Virus record (IMG/VR): IMGVR_UViG_3300005805_000467
Span: 1-24,635 of that record
DNA: 24,635 nucleotides
From: a virus
Lineage: Duplodnaviria > Caudoviricetes
Reading direction: 5' to 3' (one strand)
Below the pieces are notes generated by a model. That model did no database searches. It saw only the letters and a list, made by a program, of their open reading frames with translations, and was not told the origin of the DNA. Below are positions 17,049-24,635 of this stretch, in pieces (positions within the stretch are counted from its first letter, which is position 1; each line of letters starts with the position of its first letter). A program made the translations under genes and the position numbers.

Positions 17049-17523
17049 TAGTTGCATTACCGAAAAGAAAAGACAAAAAATTTGTTTAGAATGTCCTGTT
17101 AAGATAGAAAAGGAGGTACATGATTCTATTATTGAAAAATTAAAGGACACTACTATTTATATTACCACGCAAGGACCAACGCAATATTTAGAAAATCCGT
17201 GTAAAAATTTATGCGATAGCTTAGGCAAATTAAAGCCTATTAAAGTAGAGGCTAAAAAGAATGGCATTAAATCAACTATTAAAACTGTTGGCAACTCTTT
17301 GGTAGTTGAATGTGAAACAGATAGCTTAAAAGCCGTAATTACTGGCTTAAAAGAAACAATAAGAATTAGAAAAGAACAAGAAGTTAAAGAAGTTCCTGTT
17401 TGTCATTTAGAACACAAAACATGGTTTGATGAATTGACTTTTTGGTGGTTTTGGGTAACATTAGTAATTCTGTTAGTTCGATTAGGTTTCAAAAAAATCA
17501 TGTCATTGATTGTTAATAAATAA
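17002..17523 (+). CDS. Lipoprotein with C-terminal TM, putative unimolecular spanin
   Basis: Signal peptide II MTKSLLITLLLLTFLSS|C (lipobox LSSC) and C-terminal TM FWWFWVTLVILLV followed by basic residues; last gene of the lysis cassette. Confidence 0.7.
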   Translation: MTKSLLITLLLLTFLSSCITEKKRQKICLECPVKIEKEVHDSIIEKLKDTTIYITTQGPTQYLENPCKNLCDSLGKLKPIKVEAKKNGIKSTIKTVGNSLVVECETDSLKAVITGLKETIRIRKEQEVKEVPVCHLEHKTWFDELTFWWFWVTLVILLVRLGFKKIMSLIVNK

Positions 17524-17549
17524 CAATTAGATAGCTATTGAATTTTCTT

Positions 17550-17557
17550 TATATTTG
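17550..17557 (+). promoter_or_regulatory. Bacteroidota-type -7 promoter element for the tail operon
   Basis: TATATTTG only 5 nt before ATG 17563. Confidence 0.65.
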
Positions 17558-17562
17558 TTACC

Positions 17563-18405
17563 ATGACTGGAAACGAAATTACATATACAATCATAAACAT
17601 ATTAACAAGATTTGGTTTCACAGACGATAGTAGATTAGATCCTGACCAAATTGCGTTTCTTCGAGATAATGTACGTTCTCAATTAATTCATGCCGAATAC
17701 AATCAAACAAAAGTTGTAGATAATTCGTGGATGCAAGATATAGGATTTGTAAATACAACTCCCGTAAACTTCAATGACGACAGCAGTATTCCATATTGTG
17801 AGTGTATTGTTTCTAAGGTTACGTTACCTGACAACATCAGTTTATATAATCCTCAATCATCTTCTGATTCAGGTATTAAATTAATTTCATCGTGCGGTAC
17901 AAGACAATTTTATTATTATCCAATAGAGTTGTTAGCTCAGATACCAAAAGAACACGTTAGAAACAAATTTTACTACTATTATAAAATCGGTAATGCTTAT
18001 TATATAAATAAACAAATTGATAAAGTAAGAGCTATAATGGTACTTAATCGCCCAAAAGATGCCGCTGTTATAAATACAGAATTTGTATCTTCAGGTAGTT
18101 TAGTAGTTGGTACAAGTTATACTGTTTACGAAGCTCAGGTTGTTCACAATGGATTAGGTTATAATCCCGGTCAAACATTCACTGCTGTAAATGCAAATTA
18201 TACAGGATTAGGAAAGGTTAAAACAACAAGTAGAACATCTGCATACACAGAAGATAGTCAATATCCTGTGCAGGGCGATATGGCTAGACAGATAATATTA
18301 GAGATATTGACAAAAGAGTTTGCTATTGAAGAAACAAAAATAACGGACGTTAAAAATAGTTCGGAGGACGATGAGCAAGAACGTAAAAAAGCAATTACTC
18401 CTTAA
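17563..18405 (+). CDS. Tail ring protein (crAss-like)
   Basis: 280 aa: MTGNEITYTI..L....TDDSRL...QIAF....VRSQLI start, YYYKIGNAYY, and C-terminal DSQYPV...IILEIL, as in crAss ring proteins. Confidence 0.7.
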   Translation: MTGNEITYTIINILTRFGFTDDSRLDPDQIAFLRDNVRSQLIHAEYNQTKVVDNSWMQDIGFVNTTPVNFNDDSSIPYCECIVSKVTLPDNISLYNPQSSSDSGIKLISSCGTRQFYYYPIELLAQIPKEHVRNKFYYYYKIGNAYYINKQIDKVRAIMVLNRPKDAAVINTEFVSSGSLVVGTSYTVYEAQVVHNGLGYNPGQTFTAVNANYTGLGKVKTTSRTSAYTEDSQYPVQGDMARQIILEILTKEFAIEETKITDVKNSSEDDEQERKKAITP

Positions 18406-18823
18406 TAAAAAATCTGCCAATAGAGGCAGAAAAATGATAAGGAAAGTAACGAAGAAAAGCGTTAAACGTTCAGAGGTATATAAAGTTTGGGATGCGTATT
18501 TAGATTTGTTCTATGAAGATTTGTTGGCAGGTAGAGAGGTAAAAGGAATGGCAAATGTAGGAACGTTTGTCGTGGAGAAAAGCAAGGTATCTGAATCTAC
18601 AAAAAAGTTAAGAGCTAAGGGATTAGTTGCTAAAAAAGGTAAGTTAATGCCTTTAAAAGTATTAAATCTTAACAACTTAGATTATGCCTTTAAAGTTAAT
18701 TACTATAAAGGAAAATCAATAGTAGACGGAGTTAAATTTTACCCTTGCCAAAAACTAAGGAAAAAAATATTTGAAACAGTAAGTAAAGGAAAAGATTTTA
18801 GAGAATGTCAATTAACAGATTAA
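18371..18823 (+). CDS. HU/IHF-like DNA-binding protein
   Basis: Very basic; YLDLFYEDLLAGREVKGMANVGTFVV...KFYPCQKLRKKI follows the HU/IHF pattern. Its position between ring genes matches crAss-like synteny. The true start could be Met at 18434. Confidence 0.7.
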   Translation: MSKNVKKQLLLNKKSANRGRKMIRKVTKKSVKRSEVYKVWDAYLDLFYEDLLAGREVKGMANVGTFVVEKSKVSESTKKLRAKGLVAKKGKLMPLKVLNLNNLDYAFKVNYYKGKSIVDGVKFYPCQKLRKKIFETVSKGKDFRECQLTD

Positions 18824-19554
18824 TATCAATAAGAAACCCAATTATAGACGCAATGGATATGGTTGGAGCAGACAGGTCTGTTGATATGCCTGTATTTACC
18901 AATTGGGCAGTACAAGCTGAAAAAGAAATAGCGAGCAGATTTGCAATGGTGGTTAAGAAAAAAGTATTGACTATTGAAGGATGCGCTGCCGAATTGCCAT
19001 GTTGCGCGGTAATATTACAAAGAGCTATTATGGGCGATCACGGTTGCGATTGTGATAGTTTGTTTAGTACTTGTTTTCAAGGAGCAGGTAATTATTTCAT
19101 CAACAATACAAATCAATACAGTTCAGGATTTTTAATTGTAGATTATGATCCTAATTCTGTAAATTATTTTAATGGTTTTATTGACTATCAAGTTCAAAAC
19201 AATCAATTGATTTTTAAAAGAAACTTAGATGGCAAAAAAGTTACCATTGAATATGTAGGTTATCAAGAGGATGAACATGGATTTATAATGATTTCTGAAA
19301 ATCATGTCAGAGCAATTACGGAATTTATTTTGTGGAAGTACGGCGTAAGAAGCGAGTATTCAGCAAGACCATTATCTCCTGCGCTGACAATAGAGCATAA
19401 AAGAGAATGGTTTAGATTATGTAAGCATTCAAGAGCTCAAGACAATATACTGACAGAATCAGACAGAGAAGAAATAGCACAAGTTGTCAATAATCCTTAC
19501 AAAGGAAGAGGCTTGTGGGTAGGAATGTATCCAACAGGTTATAGTTATTACTAA
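18805..19554 (+). CDS. Tail tubular / ring protein 1 (crAss-like)
   Basis: 249 aa: AELPCC, YQVQNNQL, VTIEYVGYQEDEHGFIMI, RAITEFILWK, EWFRLC; directly before the muzzle gene with a TAATG overlap. Confidence 0.7.
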   Translation: MSINRLISIRNPIIDAMDMVGADRSVDMPVFTNWAVQAEKEIASRFAMVVKKKVLTIEGCAAELPCCAVILQRAIMGDHGCDCDSLFSTCFQGAGNYFINNTNQYSSGFLIVDYDPNSVNYFNGFIDYQVQNNQLIFKRNLDGKKVTIEYVGYQEDEHGFIMISENHVRAITEFILWKYGVRSEYSARPLSPALTIEHKREWFRLCKHSRAQDNILTESDREEIAQVVNNPYKGRGLWVGMYPTGYSYY

Positions 19555-22500
19555 TGGAAATTACAAACACATTTGAAGGTGGTTTAACCAAAGATAGCAA
19601 TATATTATTGCAGCCGAGAGGAACTTACAGGGACATGAATAATGGAATGTTGGTTTCTTATGATGGCAATGATTATGTTATTGAACTACCAAAAGGCACA
19701 AAAGTAACGTTTACAATTCCGCCGATATATAATGCAGTCTACACTTCTAAACAAGCGTTACCTTCTGTAATAGGATATATTTCTTTTTTAGATACGCTAG
19801 TAGTATTTTCTACAAACGTAGACAGTAGTGGTTATGGCGAAATAGGTCAAGTAACTTTTGACAAAGATGGGGTTGGAACTTACGTTCCTTTGTACGGTCA
19901 TGTTGACTTAAAATTTGGCAGAGAACATCAAATAACTGGTTTTACATTTGAAGAAAATGATAAAATAAAAAGAGTTTATTGGACTGATAATTACAATCAG
20001 CCAAGAGCTTTAAACGTAAAAGACCCTGCCTTTAATCAACCTGTAAGCATCATTAGTGGTCAAGAATACATGGTTGTTGGAGGAGTTATTAATTACAACG
20101 GAACCAATTATGGACCGGGATTAACTGCCACAAACATATTTTTAGCCAACTCAACTAGCACTTACACTGTTATTGACGGCAATCCAAAAGTATATCAATA
20201 CATAAGTGTAAATCTTTTGTCGTGGTATCCTGACAGAATAAATCCTGATATAGATTTTAATAAGTATGTAACAGGAAGTTTGTATGGTGGAAGTAAATCT
20301 TATTTTGTAAGATTAAGCAATATAACTCAAGGAATACAAACTTCGTGGAGTTACGGTTCTTTTCCTATAAACGTATATAGTATAGCTGATTATGCTTCTT
20401 ACAATTTAGTAGAAGGAAAAGGTGCAGGCGGAGTGTTGCAAACAACATCAACGGGTATAGAGTTAAAAATATCAAACATAGATATATCTTTATTTGACAC
20501 GATTGAAGTTGCTGTTATTGGATACGATCAAGCGGAAAATGTTATAAGGGATGGTGTTGCTAAAAAATTTGCCGAGCAGCCTATTACGGCATCAACAATG
20601 TATATTCAGCATACCACTGAAACAGGAACAGATGTGTCTTTAAGTGAATTAACATTATTCCCTGCAAGTATTTTAAAGGTAAAAGATATTACAACTAATA
20701 AAAATTATAGTGTAATAGGTAATATATCTGAAAGAGGTGAATTAGAAGATTTTACAAAAGACGGAATAACAATAGAGGATTTGGTTTATGATGTTCCTGC
20801 TGATTCAAGTTTTAGTTGGCCGGCACCTAATTACAATTCAACAGCGCCTACAAATGCAGGTTTGCCAAAACAAGGCAGTCATACTCCTTCAGGCTCATTA
20901 TTGGGCGGAGGAGTTTATTATGTTACAGGTGGCGTAATTAATTACGTAAGCCCTCCTCCTTTTAGTCCTTCAGGAGAAGATTTTGGTGACGGTAAACCGA
21001 ATAGAGTGTTTAGAGTAAATAATAACAATACTTACACTATTGTATCAGGCTCTCCTCAAGTAAAGTCATGTATAGCTTTAAGTCAATATAACAATAGAAA
21101 TTCAATTTATTTAGAAAATATTACTAAAATAATTCCTTTAGAAAACGATTATTACGATTATAGAGGAATGGCTACTACTCAATATTTAAGGCAATATTGG
21201 GGTAACGAAACATATAGATTTGGAATTTTGCCTTACGATAAAAAAGGCGACCCTATGTATGTGAGATGGATAGGTGACCACGTAATACAAACGTTAGGCA
21301 ACAAAAACGGACCTATTTCTTATTGGGCGGGAGCTCCATGTTACTCGTTAAAATTAAACGGAATAAGGATAAGTGGAATTACATTTACTCCTGAAGATAT
21401 TGATAAAATAAGCGGCTTTAGTATTGTTAGAGCGCCTAGAGATAAACAATATTACGCGCAAGGCATATTACATCCGACAGCAGGAAAAACTGATGCTATT
21501 CGACAAATACCTTTAGCTCAATTAGATTCTTCTGAGGATTACGCAAGCGCGGGAGGCGTTGGTAGCGATAGGGCTTTTGCAAATGTTGTGAATTGGTATA
21601 GTCCTGATGTTTTGTTTGGCTATTATTCACCCGCTTCATCAGGAAATAAACTAGAGGGAGATTGTTTTGTTTCTATACCTGCTCCAGATGGATTTATAGC
21701 CAATTTATATTCGCCTGTTGCGTCAGATGAGTATAATTCTAAATGGTATGAATATGGCGGATTGAATAATCAAACTTACGGAGTAAACAAATTTAATCTT
21801 GTAGATCCGAGCGATTCAGTAACGGGTTTTTATTTAGGAATCACTTACGATAATAATTTAGCGCAAATACAAAATGCTTACCCAATATCAAATGGGTACA
21901 AGTCAGTTCAATGCAGAACGGGTGTTTTTGATTTAAACGCAGCGGTAGTTTTACCGGGCGGATTACAAATGATAGATTATACCCAAAGATATAGTACATT
22001 AAGACCATTAATGAATTATAAAATAGAAAAAAATAATTTATATGGAGGTCAAGATCGTAATGCGATAGCTAATACTATTTACATTCAAACGGGACATTAT
22101 CAGAAAATTGATAGCGTTGTTTTAGCGAATACTTATGATAGCGTTTCAAATACATATATATTTGATAATGTGGATGTGTTTGGTGGAGATTCGTTTTTAG
22201 GAATATATAGCACTGGAAAGTCTTTATATGACGATGAACAGTATTCGGATCCCGGTAGTTTTTCTTTCGGCATCTTTTACCCTATCGAATCTAATGTGAA
22301 TCATTATTTAAGACAAGGCAGAAATATTGGGCAATACGGAATGCACAATAATACCACAAATGGTATTTATTGGAAAAAATTTGATGGAAGCTCATATTTA
22401 ACAAGACCTGAACAGTTTTCTGTAAACTTTGCTTATACTTCGGAAGGCGCAATTACATATCCGGCATTACCTGCTAATTATAATTTTGTAGGACAATTTC

Positions 22501-23762
22501 CGTATAGAGTAAGGTGGACTGGTCCGAAAGTATTAGGTGAAACAATTGATACATTTAGAACGTTTCCTCAAAATCAATTTAGGGATTTGGATGGAAACAA
22601 AGGACAAATAAACAATGTTCGTAATAGAGATGGTAAAGTATTCTTTTGGCAAGACCATTCAGTAGGTTATTTACCTATGCTTGAAAGGCAATTAATCGGA
22701 GGAAGTATAGGTGACGCTACTCAATTAGGTGTAAGTGGGGTTATTGATAGATTTGATAACTTTAATACTTATTTTGGCAATCAACATAAATTTGCTTTAA
22801 TAGAAACAGAATACGGATTCGCTTGGTTTGACTTTAGAAGAAGAGCGTTTTTAGTAATGACTGTTGGCGGAGGAATACAAGAAGTTTCTTTTATAAAAGG
22901 ATTAAGAACATTCTTTAATAATCCACAATTGTTTTATGCAAGTCAATTAGATAATACATACGAATTACAAAATAAAGATACTCCATTAATGGGTATAGGT
23001 ATTTCAGGCGTATATGACCCTAATTACAAAATGACTTACATGAATTTCAAATGGGTTGAAGGAGAGGATGATGAGCCTAAATATTGGAAAAACCTAACAG
23101 TTGGCTATCATCACTCAAGAAATGTATTTGTAGGTTTCTTTGATTTAAAAGGAGCTGTTTGGCAAAATCATAACAACTTGGTATTAGCCAATAGAAATAT
23201 AGAAAGTCTTAATGTTATTCAGCCAGACACTACTTATTTGATGGGTAATAACGTTACAAAAGATAACATAGAATATGTTTGCGTAAAAGACTTTACAACA
23301 GGTGCTCCTATTTTGGCTGATGAGCAACCTGATTATGTTCCTAGTGTGTATTGGGCAAAAACAAATCAAGCTAATGAATCTCATTTGTTGTTTTCCACAT
23401 TAAATTTTACTAAGTTTTTTGGACAAACATATAATCACGATATTGAGTTTGTAATAAATCCTAAAACGGGTAAGCCATTTGCTGTTGATAATTTACGTCA
23501 AAAAAGTAACGATGTGAATTATGACATCATAGAATGTACTACAGACGATGACAATTCTACAGAATCCACTAATAATAAGTGGTACAGATACATTGATAAA
23601 AGTTGGAATAGCAGTGCGCCGTTAGGTAGTAAAGGAAGGTTAGTAGATTTTTATTTAAAAGTAAAATTAACCTTTAAAAATTATACAACAAATCCGACAA
23701 ATAGTCGTAACTTGCAAAAGCTATTTGAGTATATAACATCAGTATTTAGAGAAAAACGATAA
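19554..23762 (+). CDS. Muzzle / tail stabilization protein (crAss-like, P22 gp10/T7 gp12-related)
   Basis: 1402 aa: NTFEGGLTKD...QPRGTY, VYWTDNYNQPRALNV, ETYRFGI, ISGFSIVRA, FGGDSF, FGNQH are characteristic motifs; synteny IHF-ring-muzzle. Confidence 0.8.
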   Translation: MEITNTFEGGLTKDSNILLQPRGTYRDMNNGMLVSYDGNDYVIELPKGTKVTFTIPPIYNAVYTSKQALPSVIGYISFLDTLVVFSTNVDSSGYGEIGQVTFDKDGVGTYVPLYGHVDLKFGREHQITGFTFEENDKIKRVYWTDNYNQPRALNVKDPAFNQPVSIISGQEYMVVGGVINYNGTNYGPGLTATNIFLANSTSTYTVIDGNPKVYQYISVNLLSWYPDRINPDIDFNKYVTGSLYGGSKSYFVRLSNITQGIQTSWSYGSFPINVYSIADYASYNLVEGKGAGGVLQTTSTGIELKISNIDISLFDTIEVAVIGYDQAENVIRDGVAKKFAEQPITASTMYIQHTTETGTDVSLSELTLFPASILKVKDITTNKNYSVIGNISERGELEDFTKDGITIEDLVYDVPADSSFSWPAPNYNSTAPTNAGLPKQGSHTPSGSLLGGGVYYVTGGVINYVSPPPFSPSGEDFGDGKPNRVFRVNNNNTYTIVSGSPQVKSCIALSQYNNRNSIYLENITKIIPLENDYYDYRGMATTQYLRQYWGNETYRFGILPYDKKGDPMYVRWIGDHVIQTLGNKNGPISYWAGAPCYSLKLNGIRISGITFTPEDIDKISGFSIVRAPRDKQYYAQGILHPTAGKTDAIRQIPLAQLDSSEDYASAGGVGSDRAFANVVNWYSPDVLFGYYSPASSGNKLEGDCFVSIPAPDGFIANLYSPVASDEYNSKWYEYGGLNNQTYGVNKFNLVDPSDSVTGFYLGITYDNNLAQIQNAYPISNGYKSVQCRTGVFDLNAAVVLPGGLQMIDYTQRYSTLRPLMNYKIEKNNLYGGQDRNAIANTIYIQTGHYQKIDSVVLANTYDSVSNTYIFDNVDVFGGDSFLGIYSTGKSLYDDEQYSDPGSFSFGIFYPIESNVNHYLRQGRNIGQYGMHNNTTNGIYWKKFDGSSYLTRPEQFSVNFAYTSEGAITYPALPANYNFVGQFPYRVRWTGPKVLGETIDTFRTFPQNQFRDLDGNKGQINNVRNRDGKVFFWQDHSVGYLPMLERQLIGGSIGDATQLGVSGVIDRFDNFNTYFGNQHKFALIETEYGFAWFDFRRRAFLVMTVGGGIQEVSFIKGLRTFFNNPQLFYASQLDNTYELQNKDTPLMGIGISGVYDPNYKMTYMNFKWVEGEDDEPKYWKNLTVGYHHSRNVFVGFFDLKGAVWQNHNNLVLANRNIESLNVIQPDTTYLMGNNVTKDNIEYVCVKDFTTGAPILADEQPDYVPSVYWAKTNQANESHLLFSTLNFTKFFGQTYNHDIEFVINPKTGKPFAVDNLRQKSNDVNYDIIECTTDDDNSTESTNNKWYRYIDKSWNSSAPLGSKGRLVDFYLKVKLTFKNYTTNPTNSRNLQKLFEYITSVFREKR

Positions 23763-23766
23763 TAAT

Positions 23767-24084
23767 ATGAAATCAGAATTATTAAGAAAAGCACTAATGT
23801 CCAAAATGGTAAATGGCGGCAACGTTGGTGATGGCGGCAAAAAGGACGATAAGAAAAAACAACAAGCTGCTGCAAAATCCGCGTTAACGGGAACTGCAAG
23901 CGGAGCTCCTATTGATGATGTAAATAAAGCGGTAAGTTTTTTTACTGAAAAACAAATGAGCCCTCAAGAATGGGCAACTTATGCAGAAAAACAGGGATGG
24001 AAAGCTTTTCACGCAGATGGGAGGGCAGGATCACGGTTCCCCCAATCACATCCACCAAGCCATCTGGGCCTTTGCGAAGCTTGA
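23767..24084 (+). CDS. Probable cargo/ejection protein N-terminus, truncated at the junction
   Basis: MSKMVNGGNV resembles the short K..xGG motifs of crAss cargo proteins, and the gene follows the muzzle. After about GWKAF (24010) the reading runs into high-GC sequence, so the last ~24 aa are probably not genuine. Confidence 0.45.
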   Translation: MKSELLRKALMSKMVNGGNVGDGGKKDDKKKQQAAAKSALTGTASGAPIDDVNKAVSFFTEKQMSPQEWATYAEKQGWKAFHADGRAGSRFPQSHPPSHLGLCEA

Positions 24085-24120
24085 GCGTCTCGCCCGCCTC
24101 CCGCCGGTTCTCCTCCCGTA
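24000..24120. other. Compositional junction between phage DNA and foreign high-GC DNA
   Basis: Abrupt change from AT-rich to GC-rich sequence and a switch of coding strand; genes on both sides appear broken. Confidence 0.75.
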
Positions 24121-24635
24121 GCGGGTTGCCATCCCGCAATGGCTATTTTCCCAAGCTCGGTACCGAGGATGGATGTCAGAGTACTTCCGGCTGACCAGGA
24201 GAGTGTCAGGTTACCGGAGCCGGACCCCTGTGACTTCCAATATTCACTGCTGGAAATTTGCAAGATGCCGGACCCGAGCGGTCCTGTAAATTCAAGGCCT
24301 GGATTATTTTTCGTATACGCCATCGACAGCGTTGCGGCACCCAGGGGATGCATGCTCGCAGGCTGATATGTTCCTTCCTGTCCCAGGGGATAAAAAAACG
24401 GGCTGCTCCCTGATTTTTGGACCCAACCATCGATAAATCGCTGTGCCGAATACCCTGTTATTGTACCGCTGGGGCCGACCAGGACTGATGATACAGGATT
24501 GCTTCGCTGGGTTGTCACCACAGCGTTTGTGCCGAGTTGCAGCGTGTTGTTGCCAAGTTGCATGACATACCCATTTTGGATGTTCATGTGACTTTCCAGG
24601 TGCATGACCTGTTGTGCTGTCAGCAGGGTTTGCAT
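24009..24635 (-). CDS. Fragment of a Bacteroidota secreted surface protein (T9SS/gliding-motility C-terminal-domain protein type)
   Basis: FIDGWVQKSG...FFYPLG...YQP, ISSSEYW, LTLSW, IAIAGW are motifs seen in such proteins. GC content is clearly higher than the phage part. It probably extends past the window end, and its C-terminus after AGWQPATG looks out of family. Confidence 0.55.
   Translation of the reverse strand: MQTLLTAQQVMHLESHMNIQNGYVMQLGNNTLQLGTNAVVTTQRSNPVSSVLVGPSGTITGYSAQRFIDGWVQKSGSSPFFYPLGQEGTYQPASMHPLGAATLSMAYTKNNPGLEFTGPLGSGILQISSSEYWKSQGSGSGNLTLSWSAGSTLTSILGTELGKIAIAGWQPATGGEPAGGGRDAQASQRPRWLGGCDWGNRDPALPSA

Noticed and set aside
2-23762. Stop-codon reassignment as in some crAss-like phages
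   Set aside because: Genes are full length and densely packed in code 11; TAG (943, 17048) and TGA (16108, 16764) act as real stops, followed by a terminator or an overlapping next gene.
2308-23762. Introns, inteins or homing endonucleases interrupting structural genes
   Set aside because: No split ORFs, no intein termini, and no HNH/LAGLIDADG/GIY-YIG motifs were recognised.
755-23899. Short - strand and alternate-frame ORFs in the track (e.g. 755..1030, 1195..1485, 2714..3034, 11435..11722, 14482..14895, 23184..23384)
   Set aside because: They overlap well-supported genes, have shadow-frame composition and lack their own leaders or promoters.
24002-24082. HindIII sites (AAGCTT at 24002 and 24077) as a cloning/ligation explanation for the junction
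   Set aside because: AAGCTT occurs elsewhere in the window (e.g. about 777, 2841, 6713), so proximity may be chance and cannot be evaluated without library information.
23900-24120. Prophage attachment site
   Set aside because: No tRNA end, integrase or direct repeat visible, and the break falls inside a likely essential virion gene.
1-24635. tRNA, rRNA or known structured ncRNA genes
   Set aside because: Intergenic gaps are short (under about 150 nt) and explained by terminators, promoters and leaders; no cloverleaf was seen.

Overview
About 24.0 kb of the window is one AT-rich, + strand, co-oriented morphogenesis region of a crAss-like (Crassvirales-related) podovirus of Bacteroidota, read in the standard genetic code. 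Gene order: portal (5'-truncated), acidic putative scaffold, major capsid protein, conserved post-capsid protein, ring protein, putative auxiliary capsid protein, a modular fibre/adaptor/receptor-binding block ending in a tandemly duplicated RBP + small-partner pair, a six-gene lysis cassette (amidase, four small membrane proteins, putative u-spanin), ring protein, HU/IHF-like protein, ring/tail-tubular protein, a 1402-aa muzzle (tail stabilization) protein and the start of a probable cargo gene. Bacteroidota TAnnTTTG promoters, SD-less A-rich leaders and intrinsic terminators punctuate the operon. Near 24,010 the sequence switches abruptly to much higher GC DNA carrying a - strand fragment of a bacterial T9SS-type surface protein; this is more likely an assembly chimera than a prophage edge. 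The best leads are a shared ~45-aa module inserted into three different tail proteins, an RBP cassette duplication with near-identical flanks and a divergent core, an apparent peptide-docking fibre assembly, and IHF-like sites upstream of the promoters. All family assignments come from motif recognition and synteny, not database searches.
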